DNA of 63,819 nt, the filler included, from Pirum gemmata (Eukaryota): assembly GCA_002812295.1 (NCBI GenBank). It is 14 parts of 14 records of this genome, joined end to end, with 100 filler letters (N's around TTAATTAATTAA, not from the genome) between each part and the next. Parts side by side here need not be neighbours in the genome. Positions count along the whole stretch, not along the records: positions 23,713 to 28,159 come from PDIN01001131.1; positions 28,260 to 32,739 come from PDIN01001132.1; positions 32,840 to 37,297 come from PDIN01001133.1; positions 37,398 to 41,864 come from PDIN01001134.1; 10 more parts are not named here. One strand, given 5' to 3'. A program made the position numbers and the translations under genes. Shown piece by piece: positions 27,128 to 39,945 of the stretch. The notes under the pieces were generated by a model. The model was not told the DNA's origin. It ran no database searches and was given only the letters and a program-made list of their open reading frames with translations. Within the stretch, counting starts at the first letter, position 1; the number at the start of each line of letters is the position of its first letter.

Positions 27128-28591
27128 TTAAAAAAAGAGTATTATGTTTCAGTTAGGGTTCAGGACTGGCTCAGGATTGGTTTAGGTTCCGCTTTTTAGA
27201 TTCCGGCGCAATTGTACATTGTTCGGAAGATAAATGGGAGTAAATTAACCAATGAAAGGTTGTCTATAAAAGCAGTCCCATATTTGTTTATATATATATT
27301 TTTTTTTTTTAAAAGGTGAGTACATGGATAGGACTAGTTACTACTAGATACTAGACTTCTCCGAATTCTGCCCCTACTTACTTTCTGCTTCTGCCTTCTG
27401 CTCCGAAAAGCTCGATTTCTGCCGAGCAGAATTTCTGGTCTGTTTGGCCTGTTCGAAATTAATTTTTCGAGTTTACTAATAAATACATAGGTTTGCAAAT
27501 TTCGAGTTATATTTTATAGTGGTAGAATCAAATCTCCTTTTTTTTTTTTTTTCAAAAAATTAATTTTTGATCGAGTTAGAGAGGAAAAACACCATTTTGT
27601 CATTTCTCGAAAAAGGCCAAATTCTGCCCGAGCAGAATTCGGTAAAGTAACACCCCGTTTCAATTCTATTTTTAACAGCCCAATAAAATCCGCGCAGGTA
27701 AAATCACAGGGTAAAATCAACTTTCCTATCTTTGCCAAAAGTGGAAGCTTGAAATCACTCTCTAGCTAGCTAGCTAGGACTAGCTAGTAGTAGTATCATA
27801 GTAGTCTGAGTCTTCTAGCTAGTAGTAGACTAGCTAGTAGTAGTCTCTACCTCTCTCTACGACTCTCTAGAATCACTCCTCAGAAACAATTACTTTCTAG
27901 GTTACTTTCTAGTCTATTATCCATAAGTCTATCATGGTGGTGTACACCCAGTTTACAAACGGTCAACTTTTGGTTTCACAATCAATCATACCACCAACTA
28001 TAATTTATATCTTTCGTATATCTTTATTACCGAGTATGATACATTTAAAAATTATAACCACCTGGTTAAATAACACAACTGATAACCACTATGCATAAAA
28101 ATATCTTACTAACTAGTTTTAGAGTCTCTACTAAACCTGAATAATAATAATAATAATATNNNNNNNNNNNNNNNNNNNNNNNNNNNNNNNNNNNNNNNNN
28201 NNNTTAATTAATTAANNNNNNNNNNNNNNNNNNNNNNNNNNNNNNNNNNNNNNNNNNNNATAATAATAAAATAAATAAATAAAAAAATAAACAAAACATC
28301 ATACTAATTTAGAAAAAAAAAATTAAAAAATATAAATATATTAACTAAACTGTAATTGTTATCGATATATAGAATCAGTACCATGCACTACTAAGCTATG
28401 ACCATGCACTGAAATTGTTGCTACATACTGGGAAATTATTGTTATTAAAAGGAGTGTGAAACGAGAAACGTAATGGGTAGTTGTGGTTCAATATTTTAAA
28501 GTATTTTGTAAACAGCAAGTCGATATTGTAGTTTTGTAGACTACCGGTAGTCGTTAGAAACTCAATTTGGAATACTGTTGCTGAAAGTATG

Positions 28592-29008
28592 TTATATATT
28601 ATGTATATATAGATTATAAAAATAGAAATCTCTATTAAAATAGGTCTCGTCGATTTTGTGTAAATATTTTTTTTCTGGTATATTGAACGGGGCTATATGT
28701 AAATTCCGCTCGCTGAAATGATAAATATTTAACAACGTATTATCGTTTTTGGTATTTCGACACGAAGTAAAAGCTATATATTTAAATTTATTTTTAATTA
28801 ATTTGAAAAAAACTTTAATGTCGTAATTTTGCCAATGGAATAATACGTCTCTAATAATAATTAATTCAACGTACTTTATATTCTTTAAATATTCGAATAC
28901 GTCTATTAACACAAAGTTTTTATTCGGAAATGCTTTTTTATTATTAATAATAATATCTTCCGCTATATCGATACCGGTATACTTTATATTTTCTTCTTGG
29001 AAAAGATA
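28592..29008 (-). pseudogene. C-terminal part of a class I SAM-dependent methyltransferase, 5' truncated
   Basis: The frame stays open upstream of the listed ORF: IKYTGIDIAEDIIINNKKAFPNKNFVLIDVF...ELIIIRDVLFHW...NLHIAPFN. Glycine-rich motif I and a start are missing; TAA at 29011-29009. Confidence 0.6.
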
Positions 29009-30008
29009 TTATATAATATTGCGTATAATGATACACGAGAAGATATTCTTGAAGAAAGACATGAAATTCAATCCGAAATTAGTCGTAAAAAGAAAGCTAA
29101 AGTTCAATTTACAGAGACAACAAATACATTAAAACTAACGAACCAGGATAAAATGATATTTTTTTATTCGGCTTACCTTTATTCATTACTTTATTTCCAC
29201 GAGGTTTGCTAATACAATAATCAAAGATCCTAATTATAATCATGGAACTGGGGTTCAATGCCCGCCAATAGATCCTCTTGATAGCTATTTATACATAAGA
29301 ATGATTATCGATGTATAATAATATAATTTAAATATATGATTATAATTGATTATAATTATGATGTATGATATTATATATAATCAGAAGGATGAACAAGTTT
29401 TGATTATTTCTAATATTCCACAATACTCTAAAATACCAAGTTCCCAATTCCCAACTCACACAGCGCCTTCGAGTGACACCCATTAAAAACATCTTGGAGA
29501 GTGTACATAAAGCTTCGTTATTTATTTATATTATAAATTCTATAAGCAGTTTACTTCTATATAATCATCAAGAATAGTTGAGACCTCCATTTAGCTTCCT
29601 AAAAATTTCACATTTATTTCTGTATAATTATAATATAATCAAGAATGAATTTAAAGTCTCATAAAAGTCGAGTTAATTTATAAATAATTTTAAATTATTC
29701 AGAGACACTCAGAGATTTATGTCCCTCAGGCGATAAAGGTTAACACTCCCTTTTGTTTTCGGGTTGGTTATCAAAACAGTATTAAATTTTATTATATAAT
29801 TATATATAATATATTAATACATAATACAGTTGATATAATTTTATAGTATAAAAAACTGAAGCTTAAATTAAGCTAGATTTCCAAAGTTAACAAAAGATGT
29901 AAAATAAAAACAGCTCTATAAAAAAAGTGAAGGATCATATTAATACTTATATTTTTTAATTTTAAATATGATAACGATTTGTTTTTATTATGTAAAAATA
30001 TTGTATTC

Positions 30009-30052
<44 letters not shown>

Positions 30053-30070
30053 AAAAGAATCAAGAAAAAT

Positions 30071-30964
30071 TTAAGCTTGCTGGTTAACGTCTGGCTTGTT
30101 TGTCTTCAATTTCTTGGTAGGATTTTGGAATCCTGGTTTGAAATCGTTAAATAATTGCCCCATGTTTTCTAGCGGCACGTTCGCCGTTTCTGGAACACAA
30201 GTGTAAGACCACAAAGAACAAATTACACACCAAGCTCCAAAGAATAAAAATGTACCCCACATATCGAAATTTTCTTCCCTAAGCATCAGAGGGGTTACTT
30301 TACCTATTATGGTGGCCATCCCCCAATTCGTGGCTGTGGATAAAGACATGGCTTTTCCACGAAGCCTTTGTGGATAGATTTCGGCACAAACAACCCAAAT
30401 AACCGGACCCCATGAATAGGCAAAGAAAACAACATATATTGCACAAAACACAATGATAAAAACACCCGTAGTCATATCATTTTTATAATCTAAAGCCGGT
30501 GAAGATAAAATGCAAACAATTACTGTACCAATAGTCATACCAATAGCACCAGAAAATAAAAGGCTTACTCTTCCTACTCGTTCAATTAAAACAATACAAA
30601 TAAAAGTTGCTAAAAAGTTACCCACCTGGATACCTAAATTACCATAAATTGATTCTTGCTCACCGAAAAAGGTATTGATTATAGATGGAGCAAAAAACAT
30701 GATTGCGTTGATACCGCATACCTGTTGTAAAAATTGACCTCCACAACCCACAAACAATCGATATAACATGTTATCTTTGTTACTAAACACTTCCGCCCAA
30801 CTCCCTTCTCCCTGTTCCTTTTGCTCATCAATGTTACTAATGATTTCGCTCATTTCAGCATCTACTTCATATTCTTGTCTGATTCGTAAAAGGCAAGAAC
30901 GGGCTTCTTCAAATCTGCCCTTTTGCACTAACCATCTTGGTGATTCATCCAAGAAAAACATCAA
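30071..30964 (-). pseudogene. Sugar porter (MFS), C-terminal half only
   Basis: ESPRWL, QQVCGINAIMFF, ERVGRV, WGPVIWVVCAEIYP, VPET. In-frame TGA at 30970-30968 and a dispersed repeat lie where TM1-6 should be. Confidence 0.75.
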
Positions 30965-31912
30965 ATGTCAAACCTATTAAATACTTATTACATGATTTTT
31001 GTTCGAAAACTAAAAATTCTAGTGAAACCCAAGCTGGACAAATGCAGCTATACTCGCAGCTATGCTCACAGTTTTCGACGGACCCTCGACGGACCAGTCA
31101 GAACCACTGTCAGTCTCAGCCACTCAATAATAGTGTGACTGCGTAAGCCAATGATAATTGTTCTTTAGGTTAACAAAAGGGATGAGATTCAATTTATTTG
31201 TAAAATTCCCAAATATACTCAATAACCTTTAGGACTCCTTTAGGATATCGTCTGGAATCTGGATACCATGATGCCGGCTGGCTAGATGACGCCGATGCCC
31301 AGGGGCTACTAGAGATGCTGGTGCTCTTTGTCCTTCCCCAAAGGGCCAAAGTATTGGTCTGCACTGACTCTGCAGACTCTGCACGACTCTGCACTTGGTC
31401 TGCTAAGACTCTTGCCAATATTAGAATATTATTCCCACACCATTGATTGAATGGTTCATTGGCTTTCTCAAAAAGGTAGTAAGGTTACTAAGGTATCCCC
31501 AGCCCCTAAAAACCCAGCCCCTAGCCAGTCCTTAGCCCCGCCCCCACTTACAGCAGAGACTCTAGTAGGTAACCCCCCGGTTGTCCAATAATTTTCAACT
31601 GCCTAGACTACCTAGCTAGTAGCTAGACTGTGAGCACATTATGTCAGAGCACATTTTTTAAATATTGATAGATATGATACTACTAGTAACACCCCTACTA
31701 GCTTCGTAGTAGTTCTCTACTCTACTACTTTTTTTTATTATTATTTTAAAAATAATGTGTCTTTATTATTTTAAAAAGAAGGTCCGGTTTCTCTTTCTAA
31801 TGGTATCGAGTTGAAGATGTTCAGATCGAAGGGTCCATGCAATCCGACCTAGCTAGCTAGTGGTGACGCTGTCAACTGTTGTCACTTACCTTCCTTCCAT
31901 TGAATTTTGAAC

Positions 31913-32101
31913 TATCGTGCTTTTCAGTTATTTTGTCGTCATAAAATATACAATAAATATTACCAAATTAATACAATATAAATCCATTTCATTGAATTTG
32001 GTATATTTTATTATATATTCATTTATTTAAAAATATCAATTTAAATATTATAAACAACCAAATTGATATTCGGAGTAACAAAATAAATAAAAAGCGCAAT
32101 A
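31913..32101 (+). mobile_element. MITE family A copy; right end plus flank tandemly duplicated to ~32210
   Basis: tatcgtgcttttcag ... aaaagcgcaata; atattcggag...ccgccaattaaa occurs twice. Confidence 0.8.
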
Positions 32102-33137
32102 CCTACGATAACCAAGAGGTGGTGAACCGCCAATTAAATATTCGGAGTAACAAAATAAATAAAAAGCGCAATACCTACGATAACCAAGAGGTGGTGAACC
32201 GCCAATTAAAAAAGTAATACACCCAGTAGACGCGTACGAGTCTAGTAGATATTATCAATATGAGTCGATATGATATTAATATCGTCTATTTCATTACAGT
32301 TGTCCTCTCAAACTTTTAATTTGGTACTATTTAAGTGCATAATTGAACTTGTTAATAAATTGTAACATTAAGTATAAAATACCAATTTAATTAAAACATG
32401 TCTGATAGTTTAACCATAACTGGACAATACTATTGAAAAACTCGTTACCTGTTCTAATGACAAACCAGTGCTTTGTAAAATCTATTTCTAGACCAGTAAC
32501 CCTAACCCTAACCCTAACTCCTGGCTAGAAAGCCCTTGGCGATTTTATAAACAAACAAAACACAAACAAACAAGCAAAACAAAACAAAACAAAAAAACAA
32601 AAGAAAACAAAAACAACCTACCAACCAACCAACCAACAAAATAAAACAAACAAAATAAAAAAATAAAAAAAAAAAACAAAAAAAAACAAACAAACAAACA
32701 AAACAAAACAAACAAAACAAAACAAAAAAAAAAAAAACANNNNNNNNNNNNNNNNNNNNNNNNNNNNNNNNNNNNNNNNNNNNTTAATTAATTAANNNNN
32801 NNNNNNNNNNNNNNNNNNNNNNNNNNNNNNNNNNNNNNNAAGAATTTCCCAATTATTCTAGTGTTGATTTTGGCCCGACCTTTTAAAAAAAAAAAAAAAA
32901 GCCTAATAAGTGAGAGAAGCCTGATATTATTGGCTAATCTTTATTTAAATTACAGTATATGATTGGATGATTTTATTTTATTTCCATTGGTCTTTCTAGG
33001 TTAATTTCCAGTTCCCTTCTAATATGCCATCCAATGGCTAGTGTGATCGGAAAGTCCTAGTCTAGATAGACCATGATAGGTCCAGATGATTGGTCTACCC
33101 TACCAGATACCCCGCCTCTCCCAATTCTGCTCAAACA

Positions 33138-33292
33138 TTTACGGATTCCCAATTAAGTAAATTGTAAACCATAATTAGTAAAATAATTTGCTTTTTTGAA
33201 AGAGTCTTAATATAGTAACTTAAGTTACTTTTAATAGTTTATTTTTTACTATAAATAGAAAGCCACAGTCGCAACGGAAAACGAAAATTTCA
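33138..33292 (+). repeat. Dispersed repeat family G
   Basis: catttacgg...ccaattaagtaaatt...gccacag...gcaacggaaaa shared with 51276-51431. Confidence 0.7.
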
Positions 33293-33749
33293 GACCCTTC
33301 CTCTTTGCCATTCAAAGTCATAAAAACTATTGTAGTCTAAAAGTGTCTAAACATAAACTACATAAACGGGGTACAAAAACTACAAAAAGACTCAAAAAGT
33401 ATAAAATTGGTATCCAAGTTTTGTATTCGCTCAAGCAGCAAGTGTATACTGTTGTAACGTAGAGTCAAGTGGTATACTAGTACTTGCTAATGGCTTTTCT
33501 TTTTGTTTTTTGTTTTCTATAGGTCGGTATTGGTTTTTGATTTTTGATTTGTTCTTATTAATCCCCCTGTTGAATATTTTAATTTATAATTGAGTTTGAA
33601 ACTTTGGCCTTTTTAGTCATTACTTTTTTTTATCATGATTACTTATTAGTAAATATTTCAAAACAAATGACTTTTTGCTTTTTATTTTTATTATTTTATT
33701 GTTATTATTATTATTTCAAAACCTCTTGATTATTATCATGTGATAGGAT

Positions 33750-34205
33750 CCTAACCCTAAACCCAATTGTAACTCTAACTCTAATCCTAACGAACCCTAA
33801 TTATATAATCCCAATCCCTAACCCTAATATAACTATAACCCTAATTTTTAATCCTATTTCTAGTCCTAACCATAGTACGAACTCCTAAAAATGCCACATA
33901 ATATCAATTATACCGGAGCATTTTCGCTGCAGTGTCATGATCCTATAGCTAACCCTAACTCTAACCTTAATTCTAATTCTAACGTTAACCCTGACCCTAA
34001 TTATAATTAATCCTTCTTAACCCTATAGCCAACCTTTTAACCCTAATCCTAACCCTAACTATACTAACCCTAATCCTAACCCTAACTATACTAACCCCAA
34101 CCTTATAAAATTAACCCGCCCAAACTCTAACTTTAACCCTGATCATGACCCTAACCCTAACCCAAATAACAACAGTACTCGGGCTTGCTAAACCTAAACC
34201 TAACC
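33750..34205 (-). repeat. Degenerate interstitial (CCCTAA)n tract
   Basis: Many ccctaa/ctctaa/tcctaa hexamers with interruptions. Confidence 0.75.
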
Positions 34206-35251
34206 TAAAACGACACGCACTGTTTATAAATAAAATTAATGATATTATAGTTTAGCTAGTCTAACTAAGTTAAAAACTCACCAACTCCACTTGCTTGCTA
34301 GTCTAGTTATCATAGTGTCGCTCCGTATGATAGTCAATATTAATATAAATTATATAATATTATTAACATAAAACTTACTCTGGGTCAATTTTGTTTATCC
34401 AATTCTGGCTCATAGCCTTTTCCAAATAACGTTATTTACTATACTATACATAATTATAATATATAATACAGGTCATTACAACGCTGTTTATAATATAATA
34501 AAATATATATGCTACATGCCCATTTCTTGCCGCATAAGTCATAGCTTTATCAGTACATTCCGTTGATGTGTTATTATGTAACCATTTTATGATATTTAAT
34601 ATTATATAATGTTATATAAACAGATCTTGCTAGAGTTAAAAGACTACAAAGACCCCAAACCTCGGTGACTACTACACTGACTAGTAGTACAGAGTCACCT
34701 GACTGAAAACATAAATATTATATCATTTTATATAAATGCGGGAATCCACTCTTAACTTTCGTCAGAAGCAACTACTAACCTCATTAATTATTGTGCTTTC
34801 CATTTATTTTGTCACTCAAAATATTTATTTGGTCGTTTGTAATATTTAAATCGATACTTCTAAATAAATAAATATATAATAAAATATACCAAATTAAATG
34901 AAATGGATTTATATTGTATTAATTTGGTACTATTTAGTTTATATTTTATGATGACAAAATCATATTTACATATCTACAGTCGTGATGGAGTGTAACAGTG
35001 CAATTTTAGAAAACAAAATTAAAATCTAGACAACTAGATTATTGATATCAGTTTAGCTCCTTTTTAGAGTTACCTAGAAAATAATAATAATAAAAAAATA
35101 AAAAAGTATAAAAGAGACCTCATCCATAAAGTTCCACAACAGAAAAAATCAAGAAAAGAATACATTTTAAAAAATAAAATTTAATAAAAAGTAAATTTAT
35201 TCCACTAAAAACTAGCAACAACATAATAACAGAAACAATAACAACAGCAAA

Positions 35252-36397
35252 ATGATTTTCGCAAATTTTTTCACCAACAAAGCCTTAACTTTAGCTTCTT
35301 TAGCTCTTTTAGCCAATATTAACATGAATAATGGCTGCAAAATTGTCAAAGATTCTTGTCATCGTAGTGAATTCAAAATTACTTTGAAAAAAATCGTACC
35401 ACTACCAAAAGAACCACCAATAGAATATTTTGTGATTGGTGTGGCCAACGCTACTGACAGTGAAGTTCTTGATAGTATTAAACCAAAAAACATTAAAAAA
35501 AATGAGGTATTCGATGTAGTTAATAGTACTATACAAGATGGACAGTATCGCTTTAATGGTACAAACTATGAATGGGTATTTGGTATGCCAGGAGATATTT
35601 TTGATGTGAACACTTTCGTAGAAGATACTAACAATAACACTGCGGACGATAAGGTAATGCAAGAAGTTGCCGATGCTTGGAAGTGTGTGATTATGGATGA
35701 TCGTGATTTACTTATTCATTATTACTTTGAGGAAATTGATGGTGCTGGTGATTGTTATGATTTGGATTACCAACAAGATCAGTTAGGTGGAGGAATGTCT
35801 ATGGAGCTCCACAAAGATGGTTTGACAAAAAGAGGCCTGATGAAATTTGATAGTTATAACATGGAAGCGATGAGAAAAGCTGGCACTTTAAACAAAGTTA
35901 TTATGCACGAAATGGGTCACGTTCTTGGTATTGGTAGTACTAGTGCAAATTCCCCTTGGTTGAAATTGATTAGTGATAATTGTTTGGAAAAGGATGAAGC
36001 GGATTTAAGCGAATTTGTTTATAAAGGAAAAAGAGGACAAGAAGTATTTAAAGAATTGGGTTTTGATCAAACTGGAGTTAGCGAAGAAAATGCTACCAAT
36101 GCTATCGATTACCCTAAACTGTTAATTGAAAACACCATGGGAGGGGGTTCTAAATGTGCGCACTTTAATGAAGCACAATTAGTTAGCGAAATGATGACTA
36201 CGGATTCTGTACCTAAACTAGTTCTTTCGAAATTTTCTATTGCAATCTTAGAAGATTTAGGGTATAATGTTGATTACTCCACAGCTGAAGAATTCACTCC
36301 TGCCATAGTCAAAGAGGATAGAATAAAACAAACTGAAATTAACGAGCAGAAAAAAGCGGATAGAATCCCTTGCCCTAAAAAGAGTACAAGTCCCTAA
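35252..36397 (+). CDS. Probably secreted zinc metallopeptidase, leishmanolysin (M8)-related, intronless
   Basis: N-terminal hydrophobic stretch; VIMHEMGHVLGIG; distal His GSKCAHFNE; Met-turn SEMMT; LEDLGYNV. Confidence 0.85.
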   Translation: MIFANFFTNKALTLASLALLANINMNNGCKIVKDSCHRSEFKITLKKIVPLPKEPPIEYFVIGVANATDSEVLDSIKPKNIKKNEVFDVVNSTIQDGQYRFNGTNYEWVFGMPGDIFDVNTFVEDTNNNTADDKVMQEVADAWKCVIMDDRDLLIHYYFEEIDGAGDCYDLDYQQDQLGGGMSMELHKDGLTKRGLMKFDSYNMEAMRKAGTLNKVIMHEMGHVLGIGSTSANSPWLKLISDNCLEKDEADLSEFVYKGKRGQEVFKELGFDQTGVSEENATNAIDYPKLLIENTMGGGSKCAHFNEAQLVSEMMTTDSVPKLVLSKFSIAILEDLGYNVDYSTAEEFTPAIVKEDRIKQTEINEQKKADRIPCPKKSTSP

Positions 36398-36518
36398 AAA
36401 CTAAACATTCTAATCAATAAACTGTATTACATATAATTATTTAATATACATCTAATATATATATGATAATTTATAATATTATATATTATAATAATATATA
36501 CTTATTATATATTAATAC

Positions 36519-36823
36519 TTTCTTGCTACTGAAGAATTGTTGGCATAATATGAATTGTTTGGTCCTGGTTGTAATTGTTGTTGTTGTGGTTCCTGTGTTT
36601 GTTGTAATTGTTGGTTATGTGTTTATTGTGGTAGAGTATATTGAGGTTCTTGTTGTACATGTTGTGGTTGTGGTTGATTATGTGTATTGAAAAGTTGGTA
36701 ATTACTATAAAATTTTGGGGGCTGTTGTTTTGTAGCAAAATCATTATTTACATTTGAAATATTATCATTATTTTTGTTATTGTTACTAAGATCTTCATTT
36801 ATAGTTCTGTAGACGGAAGACAT
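36519..36823 (-). pseudogene. Possible N/Q-rich first exon with an internal TAA
   Basis: ATG 36823; TAA 36625-36623; the frame continues THNQQLQQTQEPQQQQLQPGPNNSYYANNSSVAR to a GT donor at 36518. Confidence 0.4.
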
Positions 36824-37405
36824 TTTTTTTTTTTAAAAAATGTTTAGTTCCATTGATTTTAAAAACAATTCAGTCGTTAAAAATAAATACACTGCCAATA
36901 TTGACACTCGGTCACTTAGTTATACGTGATAAAAAGACGCAAGAATTTTATGATACACAGCAACAACATCAACAATTAGACCAGCAGTATTTGGAACAAC
37001 AACAACAACAACAACAACAATTACAAGGCGTACAAAAATTGAAAAAAAAGAAGAAACGCCAAAAACAAAATCAAGAAAGTAGTCAAATCCATTATTTTTA
37101 AAATTAATTTATTCATATAAAGTTTCATACCCTGTAGTACCGATAGTATAATAATATTTAGACGTCTCTAGTGCTTTTCACAAATGCTTTTCAGTTGTTT
37201 TGTCATCATAAACAATAAATAGTACCAAATAAATACAATATAAATCCATTTGATATCTATTTATTTATTTAAAAATGTCAACTTAAATATTATAACCNNN
37301 NNNNNNNNNNNNNNNNNNNNNNNNNNNNNNNNNNNNNNNNNTTAATTAATTAANNNNNNNNNNNNNNNNNNNNNNNNNNNNNNNNNNNNNNNNNNNNACA
37401 TAATA

Positions 37406-37450
<45 letters not shown>

Positions 37451-38384
37451 TAATAATAATGATGACAACGATGACAACGACGACGATGATAATGAAGATG
37501 ACTATGAGTATTGTGTCACCTGGTGACCCAGTGCTATCTAGTGTAGCTCTTAGCTATCATAGTAAAAAAAAAAAATAAAAAAAACTGCAATGTTTGTTTT
37601 CTTGACCTCCCTGTCAGACCGGGGGCTGTTACTATTACTACTGCTACTATTATTAATACCACTACCACTACCACTAAAATCTACTAATACTACTAAAATC
37701 TACTAATAATACTACTACTACTACTACTCCTACTACTACTACTACTACTACTACTACTAGTACTACTACTACCATTACTACTACGACCACCTACCGCTTA
37801 CTTCTAATTCTAATTCTAATTCTACTACTACTACTACTACTCCTACTAATACCACTACCACTACCACCAGAGTCTACTAATACTACTACTACTACTTTAT
37901 TATTACTACTACTACTACTACTACTACTACTATAATTATCACTATTACTATTAATACTACTATTACTACAGCCACCGCTGCTAGTATTACTACCACTACT
38001 TCTACCTTTACTACTATTACTAGCACTACTCCACCGTTGTGGTGGTGGTATTACTACTGCACAATAATTACTACTACTATTACTGCTAAAAGTGACATGA
38101 GTATCATAACATCAAAGTTAGAATTTACACTGAATTTACTAAACGCTTTACAGTTTGCACTGCCATTGGGGACAGTTTTTGCATAGTTTGCATCCATTGG
38201 TCATCAACTTAGTGATCCATTCATATCATAGCATAATTGCATTTTATTTTTTTTTATTTTTTTTATTTTTTCTACAGGATACAAGTAGTACAAATACAAA
38301 AGTAGACAAAATAGGCTCAAAATACTTTGAAAATATCGATAGTATCAGTATAGTATCACAAAACCTATGCATATCATAATATTA

Positions 38385-38657
38385 TAGGAGGGATGAGATG
38401 ACGTCATCTTACCAATTGGATGCTCGGACCGGCGAACTTCCAGAAATTTGCCTAAAGTTACTATAAATAGTATAATAAACTGTTTAAAGTAACTACTTAA
38501 ATCTGTTTAAAGTAACTACTTAAATAGGTAGTTACTAAATAAATAATTACAAATACTAAATATGGTAAGGCGAAACNTGGTAAGGCGAAACAGGCGAACA
38601 ACATTTACTTTGTGCCTCGGTCAAAAAAGTTTGCCATAAGAGTTCTCACCCCTCCTA
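38385..38657 (+). mobile_element. MITE family C2 (TA-flanked)
   Basis: TIR taggagggatgaga / tctcacccctccta; shares gagatgacgtcat with family C. Confidence 0.8.
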
Positions 38658-39157
38658 ATATTATCATAATTAAAAAATTACTTACGTTCGAAATTTTTTA
38701 TTTAGTTTAGAAAGTTAAACATTTTCTTGACTATTTATTTGTATAATAATAAACTAATATTTTTTTTTTTTAAAAAAATAGACTAAAACTCAACAATACA
38801 ACTACTAGTCTAAATAGAGTCTAAATAGTTTCTAAATATGAACAAAAAAAATATTTATAAATTCGAACTCTCCGTCAATAAACGCTAAAGAAATAAATAA
38901 AAAAAATGAAAGCACCAAATTTGGTCAAAAAAAATACACAAAAAAAAGCATTGAAGAAAAAAAACAGAAAAAAACATCATACAAAAAACTATTATACAAA
39001 AAAAATATTTATAAATTCTTAACGAACTCTCCGCCAATAAACGCTAATAGAAATAAATAAAAAAATGAAAGCACCAAATTTGGTCAAAAAAATGCACCAA
39101 AAAAAACATCACTAGACTGAAGAAAAAAAAACAAGGTAAAAAAAACTTTTTTTTTAA

Positions 39158-39383
39158 CAGCCAAGCTGAAAACTGTAGAAATCTTTTTTTTTTTTTTAGA
39201 CTTTTTTTCTAAAAAACTAGCCAAATTATTTTTGAAAACTAGCAATTGGTTCATAATAGAGTTTTAGTAGTTCGACAATTTATCAATATTTGATAGTACT
39301 TAAATTGAAATTGGATTATTTTGAGTTTTTTTTGGATTTTGAGCTCATATGGCGGATGTCGCCATTTTTATCTGACTTGGTAG
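39158..39383 (-). mobile_element. MITE family D copy
   Basis: ttaa|cagccaagc ... acttggtag|ttaa. Confidence 0.75.
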
Positions 39384-39825
39384 TTAAAAAAAAATAGAGC
39401 ATTCGACTAAGAGTTATTCGATTCGGATACTAAAAATGTTCGATATTTTAGCATGATATCATAGTACAATAAAAAATAACAAATTAATAAAATATAATTC
39501 ATTCAATTTAATTTGATATATTTTATTATCTATTTATTAATTTAAAAATTGACAATATAATATTATAACCTACCAAATAAGTATTCGGAGCGACAAAACA
39601 AATGAAAAGTATTTTTAGAAAATGCGATTTTGAAAAGTTTTTGATTTCAATTTTTTTTTTTTAGTTTTCTTCATCAAGTAAATCTAGTCTACGATTGGCT
39701 ACTCTCCTATTTACTTGAGTTTATTTTCCTCTTTTTCCTTTATATTCTTCACATTCTACCCCTAAAATCTGTTTCTACTTTTACTATAATTTACTATATA
39801 AGTATATATTTCGTTATTTAAAGTA

Positions 39826-39945
39826 AAAGTTACTAAATTTAAAATAAAAGTTACTAAATTTAAAATAAAAGTTACTGAATTAAAATAAAAAATACTAAAT
39901 TTAAAATAAAAGTTACTAAATTTAAAATAAAATTTACTATATTTA
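39826..39945. repeat. 22-bp tandem repeat, about 5 copies
   Basis: aaagttactaaatttaaaataa units. Confidence 0.85.

Noticed and set aside
31194..31418. 74-aa minus-strand ORF in a GC-richer patch
   Set aside because: TTG start, no recognisable motif, no consistent splice model
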